A stretch of DNA of 63,413 bases, the filler included. It is 4 parts of 4 records of this genome, joined end to end, with 100 filler letters (N's around TTAATTAATTAA, not from the genome) between each part and the next. Parts side by side here need not be neighbours in the genome. Positions count along the whole stretch, not along the records: positions 1 to 23,710 come from SRR20825019_1618; positions 23,811 to 47,538 come from SRR20825019_1622; 2 more parts are not named here. The stretch is one strand, 5' to 3'. The notes under the pieces were generated by a model that was given only the letters and a program-made list of their open reading frames with translations, had not been told where the DNA came from and searched no databases. Each line of letters opens with the position of its first letter. The first letter of the stretch is position 1. A program made the translations under genes and the position numbers. This document shows, piece after piece, positions 20,088 through 29,679 of this stretch.

Positions 20088-20612
20088 ATGGCAATGAAGT
20101 TTCTTTCAATCGTAGCTGCGGGTCTTCTCGTTGCTGCGTGCTCGACCGACCAGGAAACGGCGTCCCAATCGGGCGGCGCGGGATCGACTGTACCGGCTGC
20201 GAACCAGCCCTCGACCTCGTCGTCCTCAACGGGTGCTGTCAGCACAGCACCGGCGCCGGGATCTCGTGAAGAGTTCGTCGCTGAAGTTGGCGACCGGGTC
20301 TTCTTCGGGTTCGACAAGTACGACCTGTCTCCGGAAGCCCGTACGACGCTTGAGCGTCAGGCTTTCTGGCTGCGCAAATATCCGAGCGCAACCGTGACCA
20401 TCGAGGGACATTGCGATGAGCGCGGTACGCGGGAATACAACCTGGCCCTTGGCGAACGCCGTGCCAGTGCCGCGAAAGACTATCTGATCGCGCTTGGCGT
20501 CGATGCCAGCCGTGTCAGCACCATCAGCTACGGCAAAGAGCGCCCGGTTGCTTTCGGCAGCAATGACGAAGCATGGGCCCAGAACCGTCGCGGTGTGACC
20601 ACCGTCAACTAA
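20088..20612 (+). CDS. pal: Peptidoglycan-associated lipoprotein
   Basis: Lipobox VAAC; IEGHCDERGTREYNLALGERRA. Confidence 0.95.
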   Translation: MAMKFLSIVAAGLLVAACSTDQETASQSGGAGSTVPAANQPSTSSSSTGAVSTAPAPGSREEFVAEVGDRVFFGFDKYDLSPEARTTLERQAFWLRKYPSATVTIEGHCDERGTREYNLALGERRASAAKDYLIALGVDASRVSTISYGKERPVAFGSNDEAWAQNRRGVTTVN

Positions 20613-20640
20613 GGCTTCGGCCTGACTGCCTGAGTTAGAC

Positions 20641-20680
20641 CGCGCCGGTCTGGTTATGCCAGACCGGCGCGTTGTCTTTT
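20641..20680 (+). terminator. Rho-independent terminator after pal
   Basis: CGCGCCGGTCTGG-TTATG-CCAGACCGGCGCG followed by TTGTCTTTT. Confidence 0.8.
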
Positions 20681-20787
20681 GTGGAAGGCGGATCGATTAT
20701 GTTCCGCCTGCGGCTGTGCCTTATTCCTGCTCGATTGGCAGGCCAGTGTAAGTGGTCGCGACGATTGTGAGACTGGGAGTTCGAGAG

Positions 20788-21876
20788 ATGACGAACCGGT
20801 TCGTATTTGGTGGCACACGCGCGGTTGCCGGTGCTGTGGCCCTGATGTTTATCTCGGTGACGGCGCTGCCAGCCGCCGCACAGGACGTCCAGAACCTGAT
20901 GAACCGTCTCAACCGGATGGAGCGCGACATGCAGGATCTGCAGCGCCAGCTCTATCGCGGCAGCGGCACGGGGATCACGGCAACGCCGGTTTCCCCGGCA
21001 CCGATTACCGGCGGCAATACGTCGTCTTCGGCTGACGCTGGTAATCAGAGCGGAGGCTTCGATACGAGCTATGCCGCCCGGGTGGAAGTGCGCCTGCAGC
21101 AACTTGAAACCCTGATCCGTTCTCTCACCGGCAAGATTGAGGAAGTCGGCTTCAGGGTGGAGCAGAATTCCGGCCGCATTGACCGGCTCGTGCGCGATGT
21201 CGATTTCCGGCTCCAGGCTCTCGAGCGTGGCGGCGTTCCTGCGCAAAGCGATGCCGGGCAAAGCAGCACTGGTCAGAGTGCCGATACCAATAATACGACT
21301 GCGACGGCCCAAGCGAGCGCCGGTGCCGAGAGCCCGGCTGCGGGGCAGGGGCAGGGCGTTCTTGGCTATTTGAAGCAGTCCGAGGTCAATGATCTCGAGA
21401 AGGAGCCGGGGCCTGCTGCAGAGACCCCGTCCGGTGCGTCCGGGAGCGTTGCCAGCGCGCCTTCGCAGGCCGATCAGCAGATCCTGCCCGATGGTCCTCC
21501 TGAAGAGCAGTACAAGCATGCCTTTGCCTATCTCCAGAAGCAGGATTTCGATTCCGCCGAACAGGCACTCAGTCTGTTTCTGGAGCGCCATCCGAAACAC
21601 CCGCTGGCCGGCAATGCGGTCTATTGGCTGGGGGAGACCTATTATGTGCGCAAGGACTTCGCCAATGCGGCAAAGACTTTCGCGACCGGCTATACGGAAT
21701 ATCCAGGCAGCTCCAAAACCGCCGATAACCTTTTGAAGCTTGGTTTCTCTCTGGCCCGGATGGATCGCAAGGAAGATGCCTGCGTTACGTTCGACCAGTT
21801 GAATACCGATTTCCCGAATGCTTCCTCCAACATCAAGCGCCGGGCAATGACGGAACGGCAGCGTATCGGCTGTTAG
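20788..21876 (+). CDS. cpoB: Cell division coordinator CpoB/YbgF
   Basis: Signal peptide, coiled coil and TPRs (NAVYWLGETYY, LLKLG); synteny. Confidence 0.9.
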   Translation: MTNRFVFGGTRAVAGAVALMFISVTALPAAAQDVQNLMNRLNRMERDMQDLQRQLYRGSGTGITATPVSPAPITGGNTSSSADAGNQSGGFDTSYAARVEVRLQQLETLIRSLTGKIEEVGFRVEQNSGRIDRLVRDVDFRLQALERGGVPAQSDAGQSSTGQSADTNNTTATAQASAGAESPAAGQGQGVLGYLKQSEVNDLEKEPGPAAETPSGASGSVASAPSQADQQILPDGPPEEQYKHAFAYLQKQDFDSAEQALSLFLERHPKHPLAGNAVYWLGETYYVRKDFANAAKTFATGYTEYPGSSKTADNLLKLGFSLARMDRKEDACVTFDQLNTDFPNASSNIKRRAMTERQRIGC

Positions 21877-21903
21877 TTCACTACGGACTGCGGGAGAAAA
21901 CGG

Positions 21904-23268
21904 CTGTCCGGCGTCAACGCGATCTCGACCTGTGAATTCGAGGCGCTGCTCACGGACGCCGATCCGGCGCTCGGCTCGGCTGGGCCTTCAACCTTCATTG
22001 CCGGCGTGTCGGGCGGTGCGGACAGCATGGCGCTCTGCCTGCTACTGGCGCATTGGTGCCGTGCACACGGACACCGCCTTGTCGCGATGACCGTTGACCA
22101 TGGCTTGCGGGCGGACTCCGCGGCGGAAGCCGGGCGTGTTTCCGGCTGGCTGGCGGCGCGCGGGATCGAACACGAAATTCTGACATGGCGAGGGGTGAAG
22201 CCGGTTAGCGGTTTACAGGCTGCTGCCCGTTCGGCGCGGTTCGCGCTTCTGACGGACCGGGCGGCGTCTCTGGGCGCTAGGGGACTGTTCCTGGCGCATC
22301 ATGCGCAGGATCAGGCGGAGACCATGGTGATGCGTCTCGCCCGCGGCAGCGGTCCGGACGGGCTGGCCGGGATCCGCTCCCGGCAGATGCGCGATGGCAT
22401 TCCGGTCCTGCGCCCGCTGCTCCCGGTGCCGCCGGACAGGCTGCGCGCCCATTGCCTCGCTGAAGGGCAGGTCTGGGTTGAGGATCCAAGCAACCGGGAC
22501 AGGCGTTTCGAACGGGTCCGGGTTCGTCAGCAAGCGCAAGAGTTGGCGGATGTCGGCCTGGATGCGGCCCGTCTCAATCGTCTTGCACAGGCATTCGGAC
22601 GATTGCGGGACTGGAGCGAGATCCGGCTGGCTGATTTCCTGATCGAGTTCGGTGATCTGGACCCGCGCGGATTCGTTACCCTTACCCTTCCCGCTGTCTG
22701 GAATTTACCGCTGCCTTTGCGCGTCAAGCTGCTTTCCGGATTGCTTCAGTCGATCGGCGGGCTGGCTTATCCGCCCCGTGCGGAGAGGATGAGCCGTTTT
22801 TTGAACTGGCTGGATGACGGCCATGGCGCGCGCACCACGCTTGGCGGTTGCCTGGTGTGGCGCGGCCGGGACGACAGGCTTTGGATTGCCAGGGAAACAC
22901 CACGGGAAACAGGCCCGGAGATGCTGTGCGGCCAGGGTATGAGCCGTTGGGACGGCCGCTTCGATGTCTCCTGGTCCGGTGTGAGACCGGTCTGGATTCA
23001 CATGCTGGCCCGGAAAGGTGAACGCCGGTTACAGCTATCGGGGAACGAGGGAAAGTCCTTCCTGGCGCTTCCCGTAGGCGTTCGCGCGTCACTTCCTGCT
23101 GTAACTGACCTTGACGGGCGTCTCTTTGCCCCCCACCTTTCGGAGACATGGACAAGTCTGCGGCCCTTGGAAGCTGGCCTGTTCCACATTGAATTTCGTC
23201 CCGTCGTGCCATGGGTAGCTAACGCTTTCCGGGCAAGCAGGGATGACAGGGCCGCGACGAACGACTAA
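21904..23268 (+). CDS. tilS: tRNA(Ile)-lysidine synthetase
   Basis: SGGADS PP-loop, VDHGLR, HHAQDQAET, RPLL and EDPSN. Start inferred at CTG 21904 (see findings). Confidence 0.88.
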   Translation: MSGVNAISTCEFEALLTDADPALGSAGPSTFIAGVSGGADSMALCLLLAHWCRAHGHRLVAMTVDHGLRADSAAEAGRVSGWLAARGIEHEILTWRGVKPVSGLQAAARSARFALLTDRAASLGARGLFLAHHAQDQAETMVMRLARGSGPDGLAGIRSRQMRDGIPVLRPLLPVPPDRLRAHCLAEGQVWVEDPSNRDRRFERVRVRQQAQELADVGLDAARLNRLAQAFGRLRDWSEIRLADFLIEFGDLDPRGFVTLTLPAVWNLPLPLRVKLLSGLLQSIGGLAYPPRAERMSRFLNWLDDGHGARTTLGGCLVWRGRDDRLWIARETPRETGPEMLCGQGMSRWDGRFDVSWSGVRPVWIHMLARKGERRLQLSGNEGKSFLALPVGVRASLPAVTDLDGRLFAPHLSETWTSLRPLEAGLFHIEFRPVVPWVANAFRASRDDRAATND

Positions 23269-23314
23269 GAATGGGCGTCCGGCTGAACAGGAACCCTACC
23301 GAGGCACAATCGGC

Positions 23315-23710
23315 GTGAACAATTTCGGCAAGAATCTCGCACTCTGGATCATCGTAGGCGTCCTGCTCGTGGCGCTGTTCAATCTGTTCCAGAGCTCGAA
23401 CAAACCTGGCACCTATCCGAATTTCGCATTTTCGGATTTCCTTGGCGCGGTCGAGGACGGTCGGGTGACCGACGTCGTCATCCAGGGCAACACCATCAAG
23501 GGCCACTTCAGCGACGGCCGGACCTTCGGGACGTATGCCCCGAGCGATCCAGGGCTGGTGGACCGGCTCAAGGAAGGTGGCGTGCGGATTTCCGCGGCGC
23601 CGCCGGAAGAGGGCATGTCCGGGTTGCTCGGCATCCTGATCTCCTGGTTCCCGATGCTGCTGTTCATCGGCGTGTGGATCTTCTTCATGCGCCAGATGCA
23701 GGGCGGTGGC
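23315..23710 (+). CDS. ftsH: ATP-dependent metalloprotease FtsH, N-terminus (truncated by contig end)
   Basis: GKNLALW...SWFPMLLFIGVWIFFMRQMQGGG. Confidence 0.93.
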
Positions 23711-23810
23711 NNNNNNNNNNNNNNNNNNNNNNNNNNNNNNNNNNNNNNNNNNNNTTAATTAATTAANNNNNNNNNNNNNNNNNNNNNNNNNNNNNNNNNN
23801 NNNNNNNNNN
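23711..23810. other. Artificial contig linker
   Basis: N44-TTAATTAATTAA-N44, with stops in all six frames. Confidence 0.98.
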
Positions 23811-24008
23811 CCCCCCCCCCCCCCCCCCCCCCGGGCAGCTGGGGCAGACCGGACCCCGCCTGTGGTGTGGAGCGGATGCGCCGGGACGTCATTACTCCCA
23901 CGAAGTTTCGTACAGGCAGTGGACACCGCGTTAGTCTGCTCCAAGTAGTGAATTCCGAGACTCCGGGATACATATGCAAAGTTTCCTGAATCCAGTGAGC
24001 TCAAGAGT

Positions 24009-25114
24009 ATGGCATCTAAACACGAATTTCTCGGACCTCACTGCGTTGTGGCAGCATCACCTGCCTTGGAATCTGCCACCGCAGAAGTCAAGGAAGCTGC
24101 TCCGGTTATTCTAATTTTGGGTTGGGCGGGATCCAGTATGTATAGTCTGTAAACCTTTTCAGTATTACTAAGTTGGAGCACAGCCACTAAACACCTCTCG
24201 AAGTACAGTCAAATATACCATTCCTTTGGAATACCATTGTATACTGTCACATTTCACACCCCAAAAGTACTGAGGCGACACCTTCCAGAACCTTTGTGTT
24301 TATTAACTCTTCCGCACTTTTGATTATCCAGGAGCGCAATCCTTTCATGTTTGGCGACGCTTCTCGAGACGCTTCAGAAGTGATGTCACTACTCGTCTCC
24401 TCGGGTTTCGACAGACGGCAAATATTTGTACACCGTACGCGTGCTTGTGATGCTTACCTGGAGACGCTAACAGATCAAAGTGTTTTCGAATAGTGGCATC
24501 TTTAAGTATGTGCAGATGGTGAAGCTAATGGAAAGTGGCGCACACCGGCAAATAAGGAAATCGATTTGTGGAATGTGTATAGACAGTGCTCCTGGTCGAT
24601 TGAGCCCAGGGGGGCTGATCAAGGCGACTACTGCGACGATGAAGAACAAACTCTTGGTAAGGCCTTGAACAGATAGAAGTTGTCAGTCAATTAGATCCCG
24701 ACACACGGTTGCACAGAAATCAATCCTTAGAAGTGCTGTTGTCATAGCTATAGCCACATTTATATTTGCCATTTGGAAGAGAATCGATCCCATGGACATA
24801 AATCCTTATCGGGATTTCTGCGAGGACAAAAGCGTATATCCGTCATTGTACTTGTATAGCAAAAGCGATGACCTCATTCTAGACGCCGACGTGGAGGATT
24901 GCATCTCTGCACGTCGGGAGCGAGGGGTCAATGCTACGGTGCTTAAGTGGGATGTAAGTCCCGATCCTTTGCTCATCTCTTTGTATAACATTCCCTCTGA
25001 TGACGGCCCTAACAGGATTCACCCCACGTAATGCACTTAATGAAACACTCGGATGAATATAGGGCGGCATGCCGGGAACACTTCGAGAAATGCACAACGA
25101 AGATTGCATCCTAG
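24009..25114 (+). CDS. TMEM53/DUF829 family protein (eukaryotic, multi-exon)
   Basis: Spliced reading gives VILILGWAGS..KHLSKYSQIY, DSAPG, LYLYSKSDDLI and DSPHVMH; short GT-AG introns. Confidence 0.85.
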
Positions 25115-25163
25115 TAAATGCATGCGGCGGTCGAGAGACATGGGCTCAGCTCCTTATTCCGCG

Positions 25164-26145
25164 TCACTCTTCCTGAGGTTCCCCATATGCATCACCGTAT
25201 CCACCTTGGTCAGGCAACTCCTCCTTCTCATCATCAGGATCGGATTTGGAGAAAAAGATAGCTTGGTTGGCTCCGGTGATTTTGTGATGCTGCTTGGAGA
25301 TGATTACAATTTCACGAAATACCTCTGTGCCGACTGTAAGCATGCATGCATAGATTATTCGAAAGAAACTTACCGAAGCCCCGCCTTAGTCTATCCGTCC
25401 AGTACTTTTTTGATAGTTGTTCTTCCATATGGTTCAGCTCGGTCGACGATCTACGCCCGAGGGAGACGGTGTTTGCGCGCCGTAAGGGAGAGCTCACGCC
25501 CTACAACCGACATAAGCATCTAGGTAATAATCATCAGCACTACTTCATACCAAGTCTTCAGCCAATTTAGCGATTCCAGCGTCGGCAACAGTGTTTTCCA
25601 TTTGCTGAATGGATACCCGTCGCTGTTCAGGAGTCATGGTAACCCTTTGAGGACTTTCGAAAGTTTTCTTCCCCTTATCTCCAAATTGTCTATTAAAAAG
25701 ATCAACAATGGCGTCAAGTTCGTTGTCCTCAGCATCGCTATCATAGTCTCTCCAAATCTTGGAGCCAACTGCTGGACCGGGAATTGGGTGTTTCTAGGAG
25801 AGTCTTAGAGCTGAAATTTCACAACAGAGGTCTCTCTCACCGCAAGCTGGGCAATCTTATCCCGTTTGAAGTTCTCATCATATAGTTCCCTCTTCCCAAG
25901 GGAACGAGACGTCAGTGCCCCTGAATTTTCTTCGCTGTTGAAGAGTTAGGGCGTTCCTCAACATAGTAGTCGCAGCCCTCCACAAACCTGAATTCCTCCA
26001 TAGTTTTGGCAGCCTTTTCATACAAAGTTCGTCGAGAGAGAGTGGGCAATCCATTCGCAAAAGTTCCTTCCAAGAACACACGATATGCATGAAGAACACC
26101 ACTTTCGTGCAGGTAGCGCGCTGCCTCTTGGGGATCGAGAGACAT
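25164..26145 (-). CDS. Hypothetical eukaryotic protein (about 4 introns)
   Basis: MSLDPQEAARYLHESG start. Removing four ~50-nt GT...AG introns gives a continuous frame ending YGEPQEE*. Confidence 0.6.
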
Positions 26146-27391
26146 CCTAAGTAGGCGAGTTCCTGCCGTGAACAAAAACACTTCACAACCATGTGCGGAG
26201 AAGTGATCATGCACATATGTCAAATCGTTGTACGGTCAGTGAGTTGCCGTTACGCACAGAAGAACCCCCTTGGCCTCCGCAGCGGCCACGGTCTTGCTCC
26301 CGGGCGGTCAGGATTGGGCAGGCAGTGTCGGGTGCGCACGCGGCGGGGAAGCCCGCCGCCATCTCGTGTGAGCTCAGCTCCCGGCTGCCTGGCCACCCAG
26401 GTGACAGCCGTTTCCCGCCCCCCGCTCGTCACCGGTCCCGACCGGACGCGACACTCCTCAAGCTCCCCAGTCAGGACCGCTCCCACGCGCCGGCCGGCCG
26501 GGCGCGGCCGGGGCCACGGCGACTCAGTGCTGACTGTCGTCCCAGAACTTGGTGGGCGGGCCGCGGCGGGCTTCCCGCCATCACTCACTCTGGAGATACT
26601 CACTACCTGCCCGGCGGCGAGCCGCAGGCGGGGGGCCGCGCGGGCAGGCCGAGCCGGACTGCTCCGTCCTCGGCCGCGGGCCCGGGGGGTCGCGTGGCGC
26701 GCCGTGCCCCCCCGGCCGGGCCCCGGACCTGGGGGGGTGCCGTAGGGCCCGGTGCAGCCGTTGACGGTCGCGAGCTACTGTGCAACCGTTTCCGGTTTCA
26801 TGTAACAATTACCATAATGAGTAATATTCATTAAAAAGTGGTTCCTCTCCATAATTTCGCCTCCCTTCGCTAACTCCGTGTCCCATAGTGTTTTCTATAT
26901 AACAGCCATTACTATTATTTATGATAATGTAATATTAAAAGGGTGAATTTTGATTGATTTAAAAGCCTCCATGGTGATCAAATGGGTCCTCTTTTCTAGT
27001 GAACCGACAAAGGTTTTTTTCAGCCACAGCCACCCGCCAAAACCATCTCTAGTCAGAGGACGCTAGCAATGAGGCCGCAGGCAGCCACTGTTTGGAAGTC
27101 TCGGCGGACCCTCGCGGCGCCCAGCAAGGAGTCCGTGGCAGGGGGAGCCTGGTCAACGGGTTCAGGCGAGCCGCGTACCCACACTCAGCCGTGACCTTTT
27201 GACGGTCTGGGCATGGTCCGTGGCCCGATGATTAGATGAGTGCTCCACCCAGCAGTGGACGGACCGGACCGGTGGCCAGCACCGGGGCTGCGCTCGTCTC
27301 TCCGTGCTCCAGCTCTCCGCCTCGCGAGATCAGATGACAGTCATGGATATCTATCTCCTTGAAAACAGAAGAGTGTTCCACAACGGCTGCT

Positions 27392-29386
27392 ATGGTTAGC
27401 AAGGATCCTTCAGGTGTTAGCGAGCCCCTATTGCACGGGCAAGAGGCCCCTGAAGCCCCCGAAACAAGTGCAACCGAGTATAAGCGGAGCGTGTTTTTTT
27501 CTGGGAAGAAGAGGTACCTGGGCATCGGGTGTCTTGCAACTGCCTGCATTCTCCCAATTGTCTTGGCCGCTGTGGGCTATGGCGGATATGTATGGTGGTC
27601 GTCATACACCCCGGGTGTAGAGGATGCTTACGACCCACAGATGAAGGCGATAGTAGAGAATGATCGCATGTCAATATCATGGAGTCGTGGGTTGAAAGAA
27701 ACCAGCTATACGCTGTATCAAGTGATCACCCCCGAGCAACGAGTCCGCGGACTGCTTGGTGATGGCCCCCTTGTTGAGCTTTATCAAGGCTCACGGACCG
27801 AGTATGTTCTAAAACATTTGATGATGGAAACAGAATACGCTTTCCAACTTAAGGTTGAATACATGGATGATGTTGAGCCAGCTATGAGTAGTCCTATCAA
27901 GTTTACAACTAGTGGCCCCCTCGCCCCTGTGTCGCCAAATGCCCCTGGTATTGACCCCGAGAAGCCTGCATCTGTCTCTTCAATTGAGCTTATGTGGAAC
28001 AAGCCACGCGAGCGTGGGTCTGACCTGACTTCTTATGACGTTGAAGTTCTTCCGGCCGAATGCGAGACTCGTGTCGGATATGCTTGCGATTCCACGCAGG
28101 TGACCATGGTTGCACGCTATGTGAATTTGAAATATGATTGGCGTAAAGCAATCGGAGACATAACTGACTGTTTCAAGAGCGCCACGATTTGGAAGGCCGA
28201 GTGCTTTATTCGTAGTTGTTGCAATTTACCTACGCCTAAGGAGGGCAGCGAAGATGTTTACGAAGGGTCTAAGATTGTCAATGATATCAAAGAAGAGAGG
28301 TACACGCACTCCACTGAAGATCCCGACAGCACCATGACGGCTGCCCGTGCTTACTGGTTCAGGGTGCGTGGCGTCGCTGGCGCCGGGTCCGGTAATTTTT
28401 CGGACTGGGATATCCATATGTCTGATATGGTATCGATCAACGTGCCCAAGGAGATATCACCTCCTAAACTCGACACCCGGAAATCCACACCCTCATATTC
28501 CGTGTTGAAGTGGGACATGCCAACACTTAACCAGGCATCCGAGATACGGAAGTATGTTGTTGAGACGGACATGGGAAAAGAAAACCTTAAAGAGGATGAG
28601 TTCGTCCCCGTGAATGTAGAGGAGGGGATGGAGTTCTCGAAGTGCCATTGCAACATCACACATGCTGTTGACAAGAACACAAAGTATCGTTATCGCCTTA
28701 CTGCTGTCAACACTGCTGGTGCAAGTGCATCTTCCAAGGTTGTAACCATCTTGTCGAAGGATTTCGGACCCCCAGAGGCCACCGATTCCGTATTTGTAGG
28801 TGACGGAGCCTCCGATCAGCTTACTGTGCAATGGGTTGAGCCCAGCAATGGTGGGTTTGATATTTTGAGGTACCAGGTCCAGCAGGTAGCGTTGAAGAAA
28901 GGGGATGGCTGCGGAAAGAATGTTACAGTTGAAGGAAATGTGCCTTTTGCCACCTTTCAGGGAATGAAACCGAATCAGTCATGTGGCTATCTGGTTCGTG
29001 CGGAGAACGAAAAGGGATGGGGCCCTTGGAGCAAGAATGTCACACTCACCACCTTCAATACTGGCGATTGCACTAATGGGAATGATCTCGCTGTTATTCT
29101 TGGTGCTGCATTCCAGTCAGGGTTCCACGGTGTTATGACTCGTTGTGGTGCTGCCAAAATGGGAAATGCGGCTGCATCAGCTGCTTGCTTGCGCAAGGGT
29201 TTCCCCCGTCTCAGCGAAACGTGCTCGTTGTGTTTCGGTGATAGCGCTGCATGTGGAATGGCGCACTGCAAGAGTAAGTGCTGGAGTACACCCAATGCTG
29301 ATGACTGTATCCAATGCGGCATCCAGTATTGCCAAAAGGCTGAGGTGGTGTGCACCGGTATTCCCAAGGAGTCTTTGCCTGTATAA
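27392..29386 (+). CDS. Type II membrane protein with multiple fibronectin type III domains and a Cys-rich C-terminal domain
   Basis: N-terminal TM segment; FN3 signatures (ISWS, LMW, LKW, VQW; Y.F.V.A/AEN..GWGPWS); about 12 Cys in the last ~100 aa; no intron apparent. Confidence 0.8.
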   Translation: MVSKDPSGVSEPLLHGQEAPEAPETSATEYKRSVFFSGKKRYLGIGCLATACILPIVLAAVGYGGYVWWSSYTPGVEDAYDPQMKAIVENDRMSISWSRGLKETSYTLYQVITPEQRVRGLLGDGPLVELYQGSRTEYVLKHLMMETEYAFQLKVEYMDDVEPAMSSPIKFTTSGPLAPVSPNAPGIDPEKPASVSSIELMWNKPRERGSDLTSYDVEVLPAECETRVGYACDSTQVTMVARYVNLKYDWRKAIGDITDCFKSATIWKAECFIRSCCNLPTPKEGSEDVYEGSKIVNDIKEERYTHSTEDPDSTMTAARAYWFRVRGVAGAGSGNFSDWDIHMSDMVSINVPKEISPPKLDTRKSTPSYSVLKWDMPTLNQASEIRKYVVETDMGKENLKEDEFVPVNVEEGMEFSKCHCNITHAVDKNTKYRYRLTAVNTAGASASSKVVTILSKDFGPPEATDSVFVGDGASDQLTVQWVEPSNGGFDILRYQVQQVALKKGDGCGKNVTVEGNVPFATFQGMKPNQSCGYLVRAENEKGWGPWSKNVTLTTFNTGDCTNGNDLAVILGAAFQSGFHGVMTRCGAAKMGNAAASAACLRKGFPRLSETCSLCFGDSAACGMAHCKSKCWSTPNADDCIQCGIQYCQKAEVVCTGIPKESLPV

Positions 29387-29679
29387 GAGCGGTGCCTTAG
29401 TTGGATGACCCTTCTGTGTTTAGGCCAATAGAACTGCTTGATAGTCGCTGTTCCTTTTTCTTCTTGAATGAGTGATATAAACGGTTCTTTTCATCTACGC
29501 GCGTAAGTCTTTTTTTTGATTTGTATTATTACAATGCTTGCTGACAAGCGAGAAATGACTACTCACGCAAATCGAATGTTGTGGCGACACAATTCAGGTG
29601 CAGGTAAGCGTCATGAAGTTAATGAGTCCAGAGGGGTCGACAACGGCATAACAACCTTGTCAACGATCGGGCAATCCAC

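Noticed and set aside
204-23268. Many long antisense or overlapping ORFs (e.g. 204-1250+, 8783-10054-, 14654-15844-, 16985-18211-)
   Set aside because: Shadow ORFs of real genes in high-GC DNA, with no recognisable motifs.
23700-23820. Bacteria-to-eukaryote integration junction
   Set aside because: The junction is a synthetic N-linker, not biological adjacency.
23811-23832. Poly-C run of 22 nt
   Set aside because: At a contig edge; probably a sequencing or assembly artefact.
26191-26834. Arg/Pro/Gly-rich ORFs in GC blocks (also 32675-33309 and 37064-37615)
   Set aside because: Expected from stop-codon scarcity at very high GC; composition is unlike the neighbouring real exons.
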